A stretch of 64,000 bases of DNA from assembly GCA_965242965.1 (NCBI GenBank), contig OZ251518.1, positions 2,528,001 through 2,592,000 on the forward strand, written 5' to 3'. Shown here in pieces: positions 17,664-27,919 of the stretch (position 1 is the stretch's first letter; each line of letters opens with the position of its first letter). Made by a program: the position numbers and the translations under genes. The DNA comes from Candidatus Poribacteria bacterium (GTDB taxonomy: Bacteria > Poribacteria > WGA-4E > WGA-3G). The notes under the pieces were generated by a model. That model was not told the origin of the DNA. It searched no databases and worked only from the letters and a program-made list of their open reading frames with translations.

Positions 17664-20271
17664 CCTTGAGCGACTCCCAGTCAGTTTTTGCGTCAGGTTG
17701 TGCCGGGGGCAGGTGTAGCCAGCGTGTCAGGAAAATGCTATTCGGGGCATCGGTTGCTGTTTTCTTCTGGCTTTTGCCACCTGTGCTTATCACCGGCGCG
17801 CTACAGAGATTGTATCCATACTCGGCTAAAAAAGGCGTGAGCGGCGCGAGACGTTGCAGGAGGACGGTGAGTATCGCGGAGAAGGTGCGCCGCGCCGCGC
17901 TAATCGTCGACTTGGGCCGTTTTGCTATCAACCGCGCGTAAACCCCCAGGTCGGCGTTGCAGAAGTCAACGAGGATACGCCACATTTCGTGGAAATTCCC
18001 CACCGGGTAAGCCTGTTGCACGGCTTGCATGCACGCCTCGGTCGCGGCGAGCGCGAGCGCGTCAATGCGGCGATGCTTATCCTTTGTCTCTCGCGAGGGG
18101 GAAATCGCTTTCCCTTTGACAACGGAAGAGTCATAGCCGCCGAGGGCTTGCAGTTCAACCGCCATTTTTTCCAAGATGCTTTGCAGCTGCTGGTATTCCG
18201 CGAGGCATTGCGCGAGGGCAGTCTTCATTTGCGTCCGATTTATGTCAGGCATTATCGCGGCGAGCCGTCCGACATCTGCCGGGTAGTCGTCAAAAAACGC
18301 GTCGTCTAGTGTGAAATCTCTAGCGCGCTTTGCTTCCACCGGGATGTTCCGGAGCATGAACTGCTTAAACGGTTGGCTCTCTTTAATCGGGCGGCTCCGG
18401 CTGAGGCAGGCGCAGAGAATGCTAGTTTCCGCTAACCACGTTGAAAATCCAGTCTGTGGCACAAAGGCGACGCTGACAAGCCCGCCCGGCGGTTTCTTGA
18501 AATCGGAACTGTTCACTGCCTGCAGCAGGTTCGCGAAGTGGCTATCAAGAAGCATCGCTTCCTTCCGGAATTCCTTTGAACCGCATTTCGGGCAGAACGT
18601 ATCGGCGGGTAAGAGTTCTTCAACGCTCAGACGGAACCAAAGATCTGCCCCGCGGCGGACAGCATCGCGGATAGCGAGAAGCGTATTTTTATCCGCCAGC
18701 GGTTCATCGCATTCGTCACAGAACAGAATCGGCAGCGGCATCCCCCATTGACGTTTCCCGGAGACTGGCAGTGCCGAGAAATTCGCTACGGCTTTGCGAG
18801 TTTCGTTCATCTCGGCATGTTCGGCTGCACCGTAATTATCCCAATAAATCTGCGCACGGAGCTCTTGCGCTGTCGGATGTTTTTTAGCAACGCCGAATAC
18901 CCAATGCGAACACGGCCGGAAAACCGCCGCTGTCTCACAGCGAGGACAGTGGTGCGCGTGCATCTCGTGCTCGCAACCCGGTGACTGGAGGAGGTATCCA
19001 AACCGTTCTAATTCGGGGGCGATGAGTTTCTCCGCGGCATAAAGATTTAAGCCGCACAGCGTGCCTGCCTCTTCGGTGAACCTGCCGGCATCGTCGAAAA
19101 TCGCACTTGAACTTTTGCCTAACTTCTGAGCGATGTAGTAACTCCGCGCATCGTGCGCGGGATTCAACGGAATCACACCGGTGTCGGAATAGGGGGTTTC
19201 TACCGCAAATCCATTCTTTTTCAGCATCGACGCGGCGTATGTGGAAACCGCTTTTGGCATGGCGATAATTTTCAACGTTTTCGATGGATAGAGGGGATGC
19301 GACACCTCGCTTTTGGCGAGCGCGTCACAAGAGACTTCCTCAATAATTTCCGGTACCGCCGCGCCTTCGGGGAGAGACGATTGGAAACGTTCCAATTGCT
19401 GTTTCGCAAATAAGAGATATTCCCCTTCAAACTGCGTGATGCAGTAGGTGGCGTTTTTGGTAATGCCGAGCTCCGTGATACCGGCTATCTCCCACAGGTG
19501 CGCTACTTGGACACAGAAGGAGACATCCAACCCGTAGTGTTCCAAGCCAATGCTGAACGGGAATTTTACATACGCAGGAAGCACGGTGGTGGTTACCTGT
19601 TCTGTCGCGGTTTCGTCAAGCGGCGCGATACATTTAGGGCACCAGGGGCTGAGTTGCGCCCTGTCCAGCAGATGCCGGTCTTCCCGCAAACGGCTGAGCA
19701 GCGGAATCAACTTCGCCTCCTGACGAAAATCGAGATTTTTTTGCCCGGTATCCCAATCGGCAAAGTTACCGAGTTGATGTAACCGCTCGCTTTGCGCTAC
19801 TACCCGCTCCTGATAAAGCGTGCGACAGTCCTTCCGCAGCCGCGCCGGGGAAACAGGCGTTTTAGCGGGTGCCTTCTTCGCGACATCGTCCTCAATTCGG
19901 ACAGGATATTTCTCCCAAGCGGGGATGTAAATCACTTGGTGGCCTTGCATCATCTCCGTTTTGAGGAAGATATCTTGGTGAATTTTCCGACACAGCGTGC
20001 TGAGCGTCAGCGTGTGGATAGGGGTAGGCATCTCACGAATGGCGTAGGTAATCGGATGCTGTGCCTCGTCTTCGGGATTTTCGGCACTGCGGCGTGCGGC
20101 GCGCGGCACCTTGGTAGTCTGCACCTTCCCGCGCACTACCGGGTAAACCTTCGCATTTGCCCAATGACGGAGGATTGTCTCTTCGCGTGAGCGGCCAGCG
20201 ACAGCGGCGCGCCGCTTTTGGCGGCCATTGGGTTGCGTATTTTTCTTAGGCGGTCTGCCTCTTTTTTTCAT
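17650..20271 (-). CDS. Degenerate isoleucyl-tRNA synthetase homolog (catalytic motifs lost)
   Basis: Collinear with IleRS by eye (REETILRHW, LGNFADW, WCPKC, RQWGMPLP, YPADVGRL, LAPLTPFLAE) but lacks HIGH, GWDCHG and KMSKS; overlaps the lspA start. Confidence 0.85.
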   Translation of the reverse strand: MKKRGRPPKKNTQPNGRQKRRAAVAGRSREETILRHWANAKVYPVVRGKVQTTKVPRAARRSAENPEDEAQHPITYAIREMPTPIHTLTLSTLCRKIHQDIFLKTEMMQGHQVIYIPAWEKYPVRIEDDVAKKAPAKTPVSPARLRKDCRTLYQERVVAQSERLHQLGNFADWDTGQKNLDFRQEAKLIPLLSRLREDRHLLDRAQLSPWCPKCIAPLDETATEQVTTTVLPAYVKFPFSIGLEHYGLDVSFCVQVAHLWEIAGITELGITKNATYCITQFEGEYLLFAKQQLERFQSSLPEGAAVPEIIEEVSCDALAKSEVSHPLYPSKTLKIIAMPKAVSTYAASMLKKNGFAVETPYSDTGVIPLNPAHDARSYYIAQKLGKSSSAIFDDAGRFTEEAGTLCGLNLYAAEKLIAPELERFGYLLQSPGCEHEMHAHHCPRCETAAVFRPCSHWVFGVAKKHPTAQELRAQIYWDNYGAAEHAEMNETRKAVANFSALPVSGKRQWGMPLPILFCDECDEPLADKNTLLAIRDAVRRGADLWFRLSVEELLPADTFCPKCGSKEFRKEAMLLDSHFANLLQAVNSSDFKKPPGGLVSVAFVPQTGFSTWLAETSILCACLSRSRPIKESQPFKQFMLRNIPVEAKRARDFTLDDAFFDDYPADVGRLAAIMPDINRTQMKTALAQCLAEYQQLQSILEKMAVELQALGGYDSSVVKGKAISPSRETKDKHRRIDALALAATEACMQAVQQAYPVGNFHEMWRILVDFCNADLGVYARLIAKRPKSTISAARRTFSAILTVLLQRLAPLTPFLAEYGYNLCSAPVISTGGKSQKKTATDAPNSIFLTRWLHLPPAQPDAKTDWESLKDELI

Positions 20272-20354
20272 AAGAACCCTAGCATCAGCGAGCGTGCCCG
20301 TAGAAGAGTGCCGAGGGCGACGCTTGCGCTTTTGTAACGGGAAAGACGTTGGGA

Positions 20355-20636
20355 CTATGCCCCAAGCATCCGCGCCATAACATGTAACAACATGATGAGG
20401 ATAAACGGTGAAATATCAATGCCAAAATTCGCTGTCACCGGTTCAATCAGGCGGCGTATCGGGTTCAGCACCGGATCTACGAAGCTGCTCGTGAACCAAT
20501 AAATGCGCCTGACGGTAAAGTTGCTGCGCGGGCCAAAAACGAACCATGACAGAATGACATTGAGAAAAACGACGATGATGTAAATCTCAAGCAGTTGCTT
20601 GAGGGCTGTGGCGACAACTGTGGCGACAATGTCCAT
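20355..20636 (-). CDS. yggT: YggT family membrane protein
   Basis: ILSWF, DPVLNPIRR, GIDISP; follows proC. Confidence 0.9.
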   Translation of the reverse strand: MDIVATVVATALKQLLEIYIIVVFLNVILSWFVFGPRSNFTVRRIYWFTSSFVDPVLNPIRRLIEPVTANFGIDISPFILIMLLHVMARMLGA

Positions 20637-20670
20637 AAAAAGTCTACCTTTCGCGAGTGGAAGTTTGCTC

Positions 20671-21483
20671 CTACGCGCTCCCCAACTCCTTCGCGCGTTC
20701 GGTTGCGGCGAGGATGGCTTCCGTCAGCATTGCCCGCACGCCGCCCGATTCAAGCGCGTGGAGGCCCGCTGCTGTCGTCCCTCCCGGTGTCGTGACGCGG
20801 TTTTTCAGCAGTGCCGGGTGTTCCTCGGTTTCGGCTAACATCGTCGCTGTGCCTAACACGGTATGCGTTGCTAGTTTTTGTGCCGCCTGCCGCGGTAAAC
20901 CGACGTAGACACCTGCATCTGCTAACGCCTCAACGAAAAGCGCGACATAGGCAGGCCCGCTTCCGCTAAGCCCCGTAACGGCGTTGAGATGGTGTTCATC
21001 CATCACTAACGTCGTCCCGCAGGCGTTGAAAAGTTCGGTGGCTATCTCAATATGTGTCGCCTCGGCGCAACTTCCTTTGGTTAGCACAGAGATAGCGGCA
21101 CCGGCAGCGGCGGCGATGTTCGGCATCACTCGCACGATAGGCGGCGGCTTCGTAAAATAGGACTCCAGCGTTTTAGTGGACACCCCGGCGGCGATGCTCA
21201 TGAGCCAGTGTTGTGGCGACAGCCCCTCTGCCACCTGCGGCATGACATGCGGCACAACACCCGGCGGCACGGCGCACAATACCGCATCGGTATGCTGGGC
21301 AAGTTCGGCGATATTTGCAGCGGCGTTCACCCCTTTTTCATCGCGCAGTTGCGCGACGAGTGCCCTGTCAATGTCCGTAATCCAAATCTGGTTCGCGGGA
21401 AGAGCGCGGTTTGCAATGTTTTTGACGATAACGCCGCCCATTTTTCCAACGCCTATCACGCCGAGTCGAAAGTTTTCTGTCAC
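20671..21483 (-). CDS. proC: Pyrroline-5-carboxylate reductase
   Basis: IGVGKMG, RVMPN, GLSGSGPAY, TPGGTT. Confidence 0.97.
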   Translation of the reverse strand: MTENFRLGVIGVGKMGGVIVKNIANRALPANQIWITDIDRALVAQLRDEKGVNAAANIAELAQHTDAVLCAVPPGVVPHVMPQVAEGLSPQHWLMSIAAGVSTKTLESYFTKPPPIVRVMPNIAAAAGAAISVLTKGSCAEATHIEIATELFNACGTTLVMDEHHLNAVTGLSGSGPAYVALFVEALADAGVYVGLPRQAAQKLATHTVLGTATMLAETEEHPALLKNRVTTPGGTTAAGLHALESGGVRAMLTEAILAATERAKELGSA

Positions 21484-21664
21484 GTTTGGCTCCTATCTTA
21501 CACAACCTCAGTAGGAGGGACATCTGTTTGCGATTAGGCGAGCGCAAACTACAGAATAGGGAAATCCCGATACCGTCTCGGTAGGAGGGACATCCTTGTC
21601 CCGATACCGTTCCTACGCCGGTGATTCTGTCAAGACCGGGAGGTCTCTCCTACCAGAACGCTCC

Positions 21665-22360
21665 CTACGCCGGCGGCTCGAAAATTGCCCTACCGATGCG
21701 CACGATGTTCGCGCCTTCTTCAACCGCGATTTCAAAATCGTTCGTCATGCCCATGGAGAGAAAGCGCATCTCAATCCCCGGATATTGCTGCGCCGTTACC
21801 TTATCTGCGAGTGCCTTGAGTGAAACGAAAGCCGGGCGATTCTCCTCTGGCGTATCGGTTAATTTCCCCATTGTCATCAACCCAAGGATGCGCACCCGTG
21901 GATATGCCAAAGCGGTTTCCATGAAGTCTAACACTGCATCGGGTTCTATGCCGTATTTGCGCGCCTCACCGGTTGTGTTCACCTGAATTAAGACATCAAT
22001 GTTTCTGCTTCGCGCCGTTGCACAGCGCGCAATTTCAGTTAAGAGCCGCACGCTGTCGACAGAATGAATCATCGAGAACATATCCAGAACCGATTTCACC
22101 TTATTTCGCTGCAAGTGGCCGATAAGATGCCAACTGCAGCCGCTGGGAAGCCGAATCTGCCGGTATTTCTCTTGCGCCTCTTGCACCCGATTTTCGCCGA
22201 TGAAACGCACACCGGCATCAAGGACTGCCTGAATTTCGGGGACAGAACGTCCTTTCGTGACAGCGACAACCGAGATGGCCTCGCGTGGACGACCGCTTCG
22301 TTTCGCGGCATCGGCAATGCGTTCCTTCACGTTGGTGAGATTTTCTGCAATTTGATTCAA
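21665..22360 (-). CDS. yggS: PLP homeostasis protein YggS
   Basis: VAVTK, GENRVQE, WHLIGHLQRNK, SMGMTNDF; TTG start overlapping the upstream stop is assumed. Confidence 0.95.
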   Translation of the reverse strand: MNQIAENLTNVKERIADAAKRSGRPREAISVVAVTKGRSVPEIQAVLDAGVRFIGENRVQEAQEKYRQIRLPSGCSWHLIGHLQRNKVKSVLDMFSMIHSVDSVRLLTEIARCATARSRNIDVLIQVNTTGEARKYGIEPDAVLDFMETALAYPRVRILGLMTMGKLTDTPEENRPAFVSLKALADKVTAQQYPGIEMRFLSMGMTNDFEIAVEEGANIVRIGRAIFEPPA

Positions 22361-22644
22361 CTGCCTTTTTCCTCTAACGGGTTCTTTTCTACGGCTGGGG
22401 CTCCTTTGTTCGCTTTGTTGCACAATAGGATGCCGACAACGGCGACTAACACGGCGAAACAGACGATACCGATGCCTACCGTCACTGTGTGCGTTGCTTC
22501 CGTGTAAATCTGCGTGACTTGAACTGCGCTGGCGGCTTCGGCTAATGTTTCCTGATATTGTGTAGGATGCTGGCTGCCGCGAAGGATAACGACGAAGCCG
22601 ACACTCCCGATACCGATAGATAGCAGTGCAAATAGCAAACGCAT
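22357..22644 (-). CDS. Small two-TM hypothetical protein
   Basis: Two hydrophobic segments; GGAGA RBS; stop coupled to yggS. Confidence 0.6.
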   Translation of the reverse strand: MRLLFALLSIGIGSVGFVVILRGSQHPTQYQETLAEAASAVQVTQIYTEATHTVTVGIGIVCFAVLVAVVGILLCNKANKGAPAVEKNPLEEKGS

Positions 22645-22727
22645 GTCCGAATTTTCTCCGCTATTAATTCAATCGCGCAAACTCCCTACTCTTAATGATA
22701 CCACATTTTGTGGGCAAATGCAAATTT

Positions 22728-23477
22728 TTATGCACGATTTCCGTTTGTGAGTTCGATAAAGGAGAGCATTCGTCCTGTCCGGCCGCCTTCTGCCCGGTGC
22801 GAATAAAAGTTTTCCGTGCAACAAGCCGTGCAAAACGGAGAGACTGAAATCGCCGATGGCGGCACACCTATCGCAGTCAATTGGATAACGTTCGCTGCCT
22901 GCAAGTCCAAGTTTGTTTCGTCATGCACAGAAGAACCGAAGTTTTCCACAAATTGCGCGATGAGTTCTGCGCTGACGGTATAGCAACATTTTTTGATGGA
23001 GATGCCTAAGTGGATAAGGCAGTCTTCCCTATTAGTGCCGAAAGATGTTTTCATGCGCGCGAGTGTGTGGACAGCGATGTTCGCCAGTGTGCCACGCCAT
23101 CCGGCGTGCGCAATCCCGATAGCCGGGGTTGCAGTATCTAAAATGAAGACAGGCACGCAATCCGCTGTGAACACGCCGATGGCATTTCCCGGCTTAGCAG
23201 AAATAATAGCGTCCGCCGTTTCTCGTGTATCCGCCACGGATTCGGCTTCAACGACTCGCACGCCGTGAATTTGATGGCAGTAAACCAGCTTCTTCACCCC
23301 GGTCTGCGCGAAGAAAATCTGCCTATTCGTTGCAACGGCTTTGGGGCAGTCTTCTACATGTTCGGCGAGGTTCAGGGATGCGTAAGGTGCTTGACTCACG
23401 CCGCCGTGTCGTAGGCTCGTCGCGGCGCGGACTACCCCAGTCGCCTCCAATGCCTGAATGGGGTGATAAATATTCAT
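22728..23477 (-). CDS. pgeF: PgeF/YfiH (laccase-domain purine nucleoside phosphorylase) family
   Basis: SLNL, QIHG, TADCVP, HAGWRG, FYSHR. Confidence 0.93.
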   Translation of the reverse strand: MNIYHPIQALEATGVVRAATSLRHGGVSQAPYASLNLAEHVEDCPKAVATNRQIFFAQTGVKKLVYCHQIHGVRVVEAESVADTRETADAIISAKPGNAIGVFTADCVPVFILDTATPAIGIAHAGWRGTLANIAVHTLARMKTSFGTNREDCLIHLGISIKKCCYTVSAELIAQFVENFGSSVHDETNLDLQAANVIQLTAIGVPPSAISVSPFCTACCTENFYSHRAEGGRTGRMLSFIELTNGNRA

Positions 23478-23806
23478 GATGACATGTAGTCTTCGCGCGG
23501 TGGACTGAAGATATCCAATGCAACGGCGGGTTCGTCAAACGCCCGCGCGCTGTGCTTCACGTTGGAGGGTATGAGGTAAGCGTCTCCCTTCTTAATTCGC
23601 CGGGCTTCGCCGTCAATCGTCAGTTCAAACGTTCCCTCCAACACCATGCCCATCTGTTCGTGGGGATGGCTATGTTCCTCCACCACGCCGTGCGGTTGCA
23701 AGTTGACAAAGGACATCATCACCTTTTCGCCGTGAAGTGTGCGAATGGTGGTTTTCCCATCAAAAATGGACTTTTCGGGTTGTTCATCGATGACAAAAAA
23801 GGGCAT
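23474..23806 (-). CDS. Cupin domain protein
   Basis: HSHPHEQ, IPSNVKHS, DIFSPPREDY. Confidence 0.9.
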   Translation of the reverse strand: MPFFVIDEQPEKSIFDGKTTIRTLHGEKVMMSFVNLQPHGVVEEHSHPHEQMGMVLEGTFELTIDGEARRIKKGDAYLIPSNVKHSARAFDEPAVALDIFSPPREDYMSS

Positions 23807-23831
23807 TTTGTGTTCCCTCCTACAGCACGGC

Positions 23832-24578
23832 CTACGACGGCGTATCCGATGCGGGCGGCTGCACGTAAAGGGCTCGCCTACAGCTAGAGCAGTAAACGAG
23901 TTTCTGATACTTCTGCGCTTCCTTGAGCGTCTGCGGTTGAATTGAGATGCGACAACTGCCGCAGAACCCGTTTAAGCCGAGGGCTAGGAAAGGGAGCCGC
24001 TGCCGCTCAATCCATCGATGATACTGGGCGAGGAGCCCCGGGTCGATTTGGGGAAGAAACGCTTTTCGTGCTTCTCGCTTCTGATCCCACACGGTTTTCA
24101 GACGCTGCTGTTCCTGCTGGAGAACGGATTTCTGCTGAGCGTTTCGTTCGTTTTCTTCGGCGGCTTCCGCCTCCATTGCCGACAATTCTACCTTGAGCCG
24201 GTCTGCTTCTTCCATGAGCACCAGGATTTCGTCTTCTAAGTCGGCATCCTGCTGGTTAAGGAATTCGATTTGGCGTTCAAGCGCGCTGTAAGCCTCGTTC
24301 GATGTCGCTATCCGCTGTTCCGTTTCGTATTTCTGGCGTTGCACGGCGTTCATTTCTAGGGCGGCGTTCTTTGAACGTTGCGCTTTCTCGACTTCGGCGA
24401 GAGCTGCAGCGGTGGCCGCGAGTGCCTGACTAGACTTCGTGGCGTTAGCGACTAACTTTTCAATCTGGCGTGGGAGGGCTTGCAACTGTTTGCGGATTGA
24501 CAACAAACCGAGGTCGTGCTCTTGCAACTGGTAAAGGGTAGCAAGCTGGTTTCTCAAAGAAGCGTCTGCGCTAGACAT
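23832..24578 (-). CDS. Coiled-coil protein with C-terminal C4 zinc ribbon (DUF164-like)
   Basis: LYQLQEHD start, long coiled coil, CGSC...CSSCRRALY. Confidence 0.88.
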   Translation of the reverse strand: MSSADASLRNQLATLYQLQEHDLGLLSIRKQLQALPRQIEKLVANATKSSQALAATAAALAEVEKAQRSKNAALEMNAVQRQKYETEQRIATSNEAYSALERQIEFLNQQDADLEDEILVLMEEADRLKVELSAMEAEAAEENERNAQQKSVLQQEQQRLKTVWDQKREARKAFLPQIDPGLLAQYHRWIERQRLPFLALGLNGFCGSCRISIQPQTLKEAQKYQKLVYCSSCRRALYVQPPASDTPS

Positions 24579-24697
24579 GATGTTTCAGTCTCCTTTGTAG
24601 TTAAGTGAGGGTGTTTCACAAATCTTTCAATGTCGCGGTGACAGGCTCCCGCGCGCTACGGTAAAAAACAGTCCCCTTCATCTGGCAAATAAGGCAT

Positions 24698-25519
24698 CTA
24701 TTCAACGAGATACGCGAAGAAAATGCCGAGTTGATATAACACAAATAGCGGCACCGCCATCAATATCATTGAGCCCGGGTCCGCCGGGGTGAGCAGTGCG
24801 GACATGACACAGATGCCCAGCAAGGCGTAATTTTGTTTCTCCCGAAACCCACGCGCGTTGATAACGCCGATGCGAGAGAGGAAGCCCATCACGATGGGCA
24901 GCTCAAAAGCGATACCGAATCCCAAAATGAGCCGCGTGACGAAGTTTACGTATTTTTCCAGATCCCACCGATTCGGTAACTCTGGCAACAATTGTGCTGA
25001 GAAGTGCAACACAACAGGCGTTACGATGAAATAGGCGAACACTGCGCCTAAAACAAAGAAAGCGACGATGATGAGGAACAGCGGCACCGCGAACCGCCGT
25101 TCGGTTCGGTTCAAGGCGGGGAAGACAAATGCCCATATCTGATAAAGCACTATCGGCAGTGATAAGACAATGCCGGTAGCCACGCCTATTTTCAGGTATG
25201 CCATGATGCCTTCGAGCGGGCCTACCTTGAAAAGTTCGGCGTTGACGTGTGAGGTTCCTGCGCGTAAAGCGAGCGCGAAGAATCCTAGGGTTGTGCCTTC
25301 TGTGCCGCCCAACGTCTCAATAGCCGTAGCAAGCAGGTCATTCATGGAAGTTTCCAATGGAAACGTGATTACCCTTTGAATCGGTTGACTAAAGGACAAA
25401 CTCAGCACCGTGAACACGGCGATTGCGATGGCTGACACGATGATGCGTCGGCGAAGTTCCTCAAGATGTTCCCAAAAAGTCATTGCTACATCGTCATGGG
25501 TTTCCGTAAGTTCTGGCAT
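24698..25519 (-). CDS. tatC: Twin-arginine translocase TatC
   Basis: HLEELRRR, YQIWAFVFPAL, FELP, LTPAD. Confidence 0.96.
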   Translation of the reverse strand: MPELTETHDDVAMTFWEHLEELRRRIIVSAIAIAVFTVLSLSFSQPIQRVITFPLETSMNDLLATAIETLGGTEGTTLGFFALALRAGTSHVNAELFKVGPLEGIMAYLKIGVATGIVLSLPIVLYQIWAFVFPALNRTERRFAVPLFLIIVAFFVLGAVFAYFIVTPVVLHFSAQLLPELPNRWDLEKYVNFVTRLILGFGIAFELPIVMGFLSRIGVINARGFREKQNYALLGICVMSALLTPADPGSMILMAVPLFVLYQLGIFFAYLVE

Positions 25520-25581
25520 AATTCTAGATGGCCGCGAAGCGTTCGATGTTCCTCCGTTGGTGGCGCATCCCGGCAGTTGGG

Positions 25582-25794
25582 TTACGCCTCGGACTTGGGC
25601 GTTTTATCGCGTTTGTCCGTTTCGGTTTCGTTGACTGTCCGGTTCAATTCGTCTTTGATATCGTTGCCCGCGCTTTTGAATTCGCGGATGGCCTTGCCGA
25701 GGGAGCGTCCCATTTCCGGCAGCTTCTTCGGCCCGAAAATGACGAGCGCGATGACAAGGATAACTAGAATTTCTATTCCGCCGATTCCTCCCAT
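25582..25794 (-). CDS. tatA: Twin-arginine translocase TatA/E
   Basis: [21 protein letters not shown]. Confidence 0.96.
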   Translation of the reverse strand: MGGIGGIEILVILVIALVIFGPKKLPEMGRSLGKAIREFKSAGNDIKDELNRTVNETETDKRDKTPKSEA

Positions 25795-25871
25795 TTTCCA
25801 TTCCTCCTTTGGTGAGATGTGGCAGATTGCCTAATGTAGAAAGTATATCATAAAATCGTTTTTATTGCAAA

Positions 25872-26264
25872 TTAATGGCCGGTTGCCGCGTGATAGGTAA
25901 GCGAAAAGAAAAGGTGGTTCTTCCCCACCGATGCCAATACCCCCTCACGTCCCTCGTGACGTTTCCACTCCAGAGGATTCATTTGAGCTCTCTGCAGTGC
26001 CTGAACAGGACTTTGGGGGCACGCGACGAGGAGGACATCTCCTAATTTCAACGGGGTAAATCCCCGGACATCAAAGTCTTCCCCGGTAATTGCCATCACG
26101 CGCGCAGCAATATCCACGTCCTGCTCTAACTCACCCGACTGTTCAGCCGCTTTCATTGCATCGGTGAACTGTTCCGGGGTTAGAATACGTAGTTCATAGT
26201 CCCCTTCCTGAAGTAACCAGTTATGGTCCATCAGGATATCCCCATAAAGCATTTTTGTTGCCAT
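25872..26264 (-). CDS. Hypothetical protein
   Basis: 130-aa ORF with AAGGAG RBS; no recognised motif. Confidence 0.65.
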   Translation of the reverse strand: MATKMLYGDILMDHNWLLQEGDYELRILTPEQFTDAMKAAEQSGELEQDVDIAARVMAITGEDFDVRGFTPLKLGDVLLVACPQSPVQALQRAQMNPLEWKRHEGREGVLASVGKNHLFFSLTYHAATGH

Positions 26265-26382
26265 TTTAAACTCCTTCCGTGCGGCACGCCGCGCGAAAAC
26301 TTGCAATTCAACGACTATTATATCATAATCGCCATTGATATTGCAATAAAAAAATCACACCCGCAGCGCGATTTAATTAACG

Positions 26383-26700
26383 GAGGGTGTTTCATATTTC
26401 AATTTTTTTCGTAGCGCGGGGGCCTGTCCCCCGCGATCGCCATCGTCACGATGCGTTTTAGGTTCTACGGACCTAAAAGACGTTTTTTCATCTGTAGTTT
26501 GTGATCGCCTGATCACAAACAGGTCAAGATCAGGCGATCTTGCCCTACAGAGCCTGGCGCGCGAGCAATGGCGAGGGAAACCCGCTCGGATGCGCGTGTG
26601 GCATCCGAGGGCCCTCGCCCTACGATGAAAAGAGACTTTCTACCGTCCTATTGCATCGAGACCAGGAGGTCTCTCCTACCGGGATTTATGAAACACTCTC
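26383..26700. mobile_element. MITE-like element: 14-bp TIRs enclosing REP-like hairpins
   Basis: GAGGGTGTTTCATA ... TATGAAACACTCTC, with TTAA 2 nt outside both ends. Confidence 0.7.
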
Positions 26701-26702
26701 AA

Positions 26703-27893
26703 TTAACGACGCGGGAAAAATGTGTCAATGCCAGCCTCAATATCCTCGATCGGATGCCCGTATTGCTGCAGATAGTTGTCGTGGATACCCTGTTCTGTCT
26801 CGGTGAGTTCGGTTAGCGGAAAGGCGAGAGTTTCTCGGCTCCGTTTGCCCGATTCACTCATGGCAATATTCATCTCCTGGTCTTGCCGTGCAAGCCGCGC
26901 GCCGTATTCAGGCTCAGTGTCGTTGAGGATGGCATTGGCAATGCTGAGCAACTCATCCGCCACCGCAATCTGTCCTTCGGAGAGAGGATAGTGCTTGAGC
27001 GGGTTCTCCCACGTCACCGTCTGTTCAGGGAGTTCCAACGCAATTGTCTCAATGACGTTGACTCCGTCCACGTCAATCGTGGTGCGCTTAGGACGATGCG
27101 CGATGCCTTTCGCACCCGATTGCAGTTCTTCAGCAGGTGTCACATAGATATCCTCGCCGACGATGGTGCCTTTGCTGCCATCAATCTGCGAGATACCCGT
27201 TTGCCCGCGCCCCAAAGAACGCGCATGGATGACGTTGGAGTATACCATCAGCGCGGTCGCGCCGTTATCAAATTCGATGAAACCGAGGCTCCAATTCTCG
27301 CTGGTATGGTGCCGCTTCATCCTGTCAATAATCGGAATCACCGGGCTGGTTTGCGTGATGCCGAGTGCAGACTTCGGTTCGCCGCCAGCGCGAAGCCGCA
27401 GCATGCTCATCCCGTGATAGCCGCCTTCATAAAAAATGCGGTAAATCCGCGCGACATCGCCGATGACATCCGATGCGATAACCTTTGACAAAAACCGTTC
27501 CCGCGGCGCACGGTAGTAGTTTTCCGCCACTTCCAGTTTGACGTTATTCGCTTTGGCGCGGGCTATCATCAGATCGGTTGTCGGCAACGTGACAGCGATA
27601 GGCGTTTCACAGAGGATGTGAACGCCGGCATCCGCCATAAAGCAGGCAATCGCGTGATGCGCCACACCGGGCACGGTAATATCAACGACATCAAGTTCTT
27701 CCTGTTCAACGAGCGCGCGGACGTTGGTGTAAGGTGTCGCGCCGTATTGCTTGGCATAGCGCGTCGCTGTCTCCTCGTCTATATCACAAACCGCGACGAG
27801 GTTATAGACATCTTTGAGTTTTGCGATAACCGGCAGGTGCGCGCCACTGCCGCGCCTCCCCGCTCCGACTAAAGCGATGTTGAGTTTTGACAT
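26703..27893 (-). CDS. Gfo/Idh/MocA family oxidoreductase
   Basis: IALVGAGRRG Rossmann motif, HILCETP, AENY. Confidence 0.9.
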   Translation of the reverse strand: MSKLNIALVGAGRRGSGAHLPVIAKLKDVYNLVAVCDIDEETATRYAKQYGATPYTNVRALVEQEELDVVDITVPGVAHHAIACFMADAGVHILCETPIAVTLPTTDLMIARAKANNVKLEVAENYYRAPRERFLSKVIASDVIGDVARIYRIFYEGGYHGMSMLRLRAGGEPKSALGITQTSPVIPIIDRMKRHHTSENWSLGFIEFDNGATALMVYSNVIHARSLGRGQTGISQIDGSKGTIVGEDIYVTPAEELQSGAKGIAHRPKRTTIDVDGVNVIETIALELPEQTVTWENPLKHYPLSEGQIAVADELLSIANAILNDTEPEYGARLARQDQEMNIAMSESGKRSRETLAFPLTELTETEQGIHDNYLQQYGHPIEDIEAGIDTFFPRR

Positions 27894-27919
27894 GAAAACC
27901 TCCTAATATGATCCAGAAC

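Noticed and set aside
17650-20271. Functional ileS annotation
   Set aside because: HIGH, KMSKS and editing motifs are not recognisable, so the gene symbol is withheld
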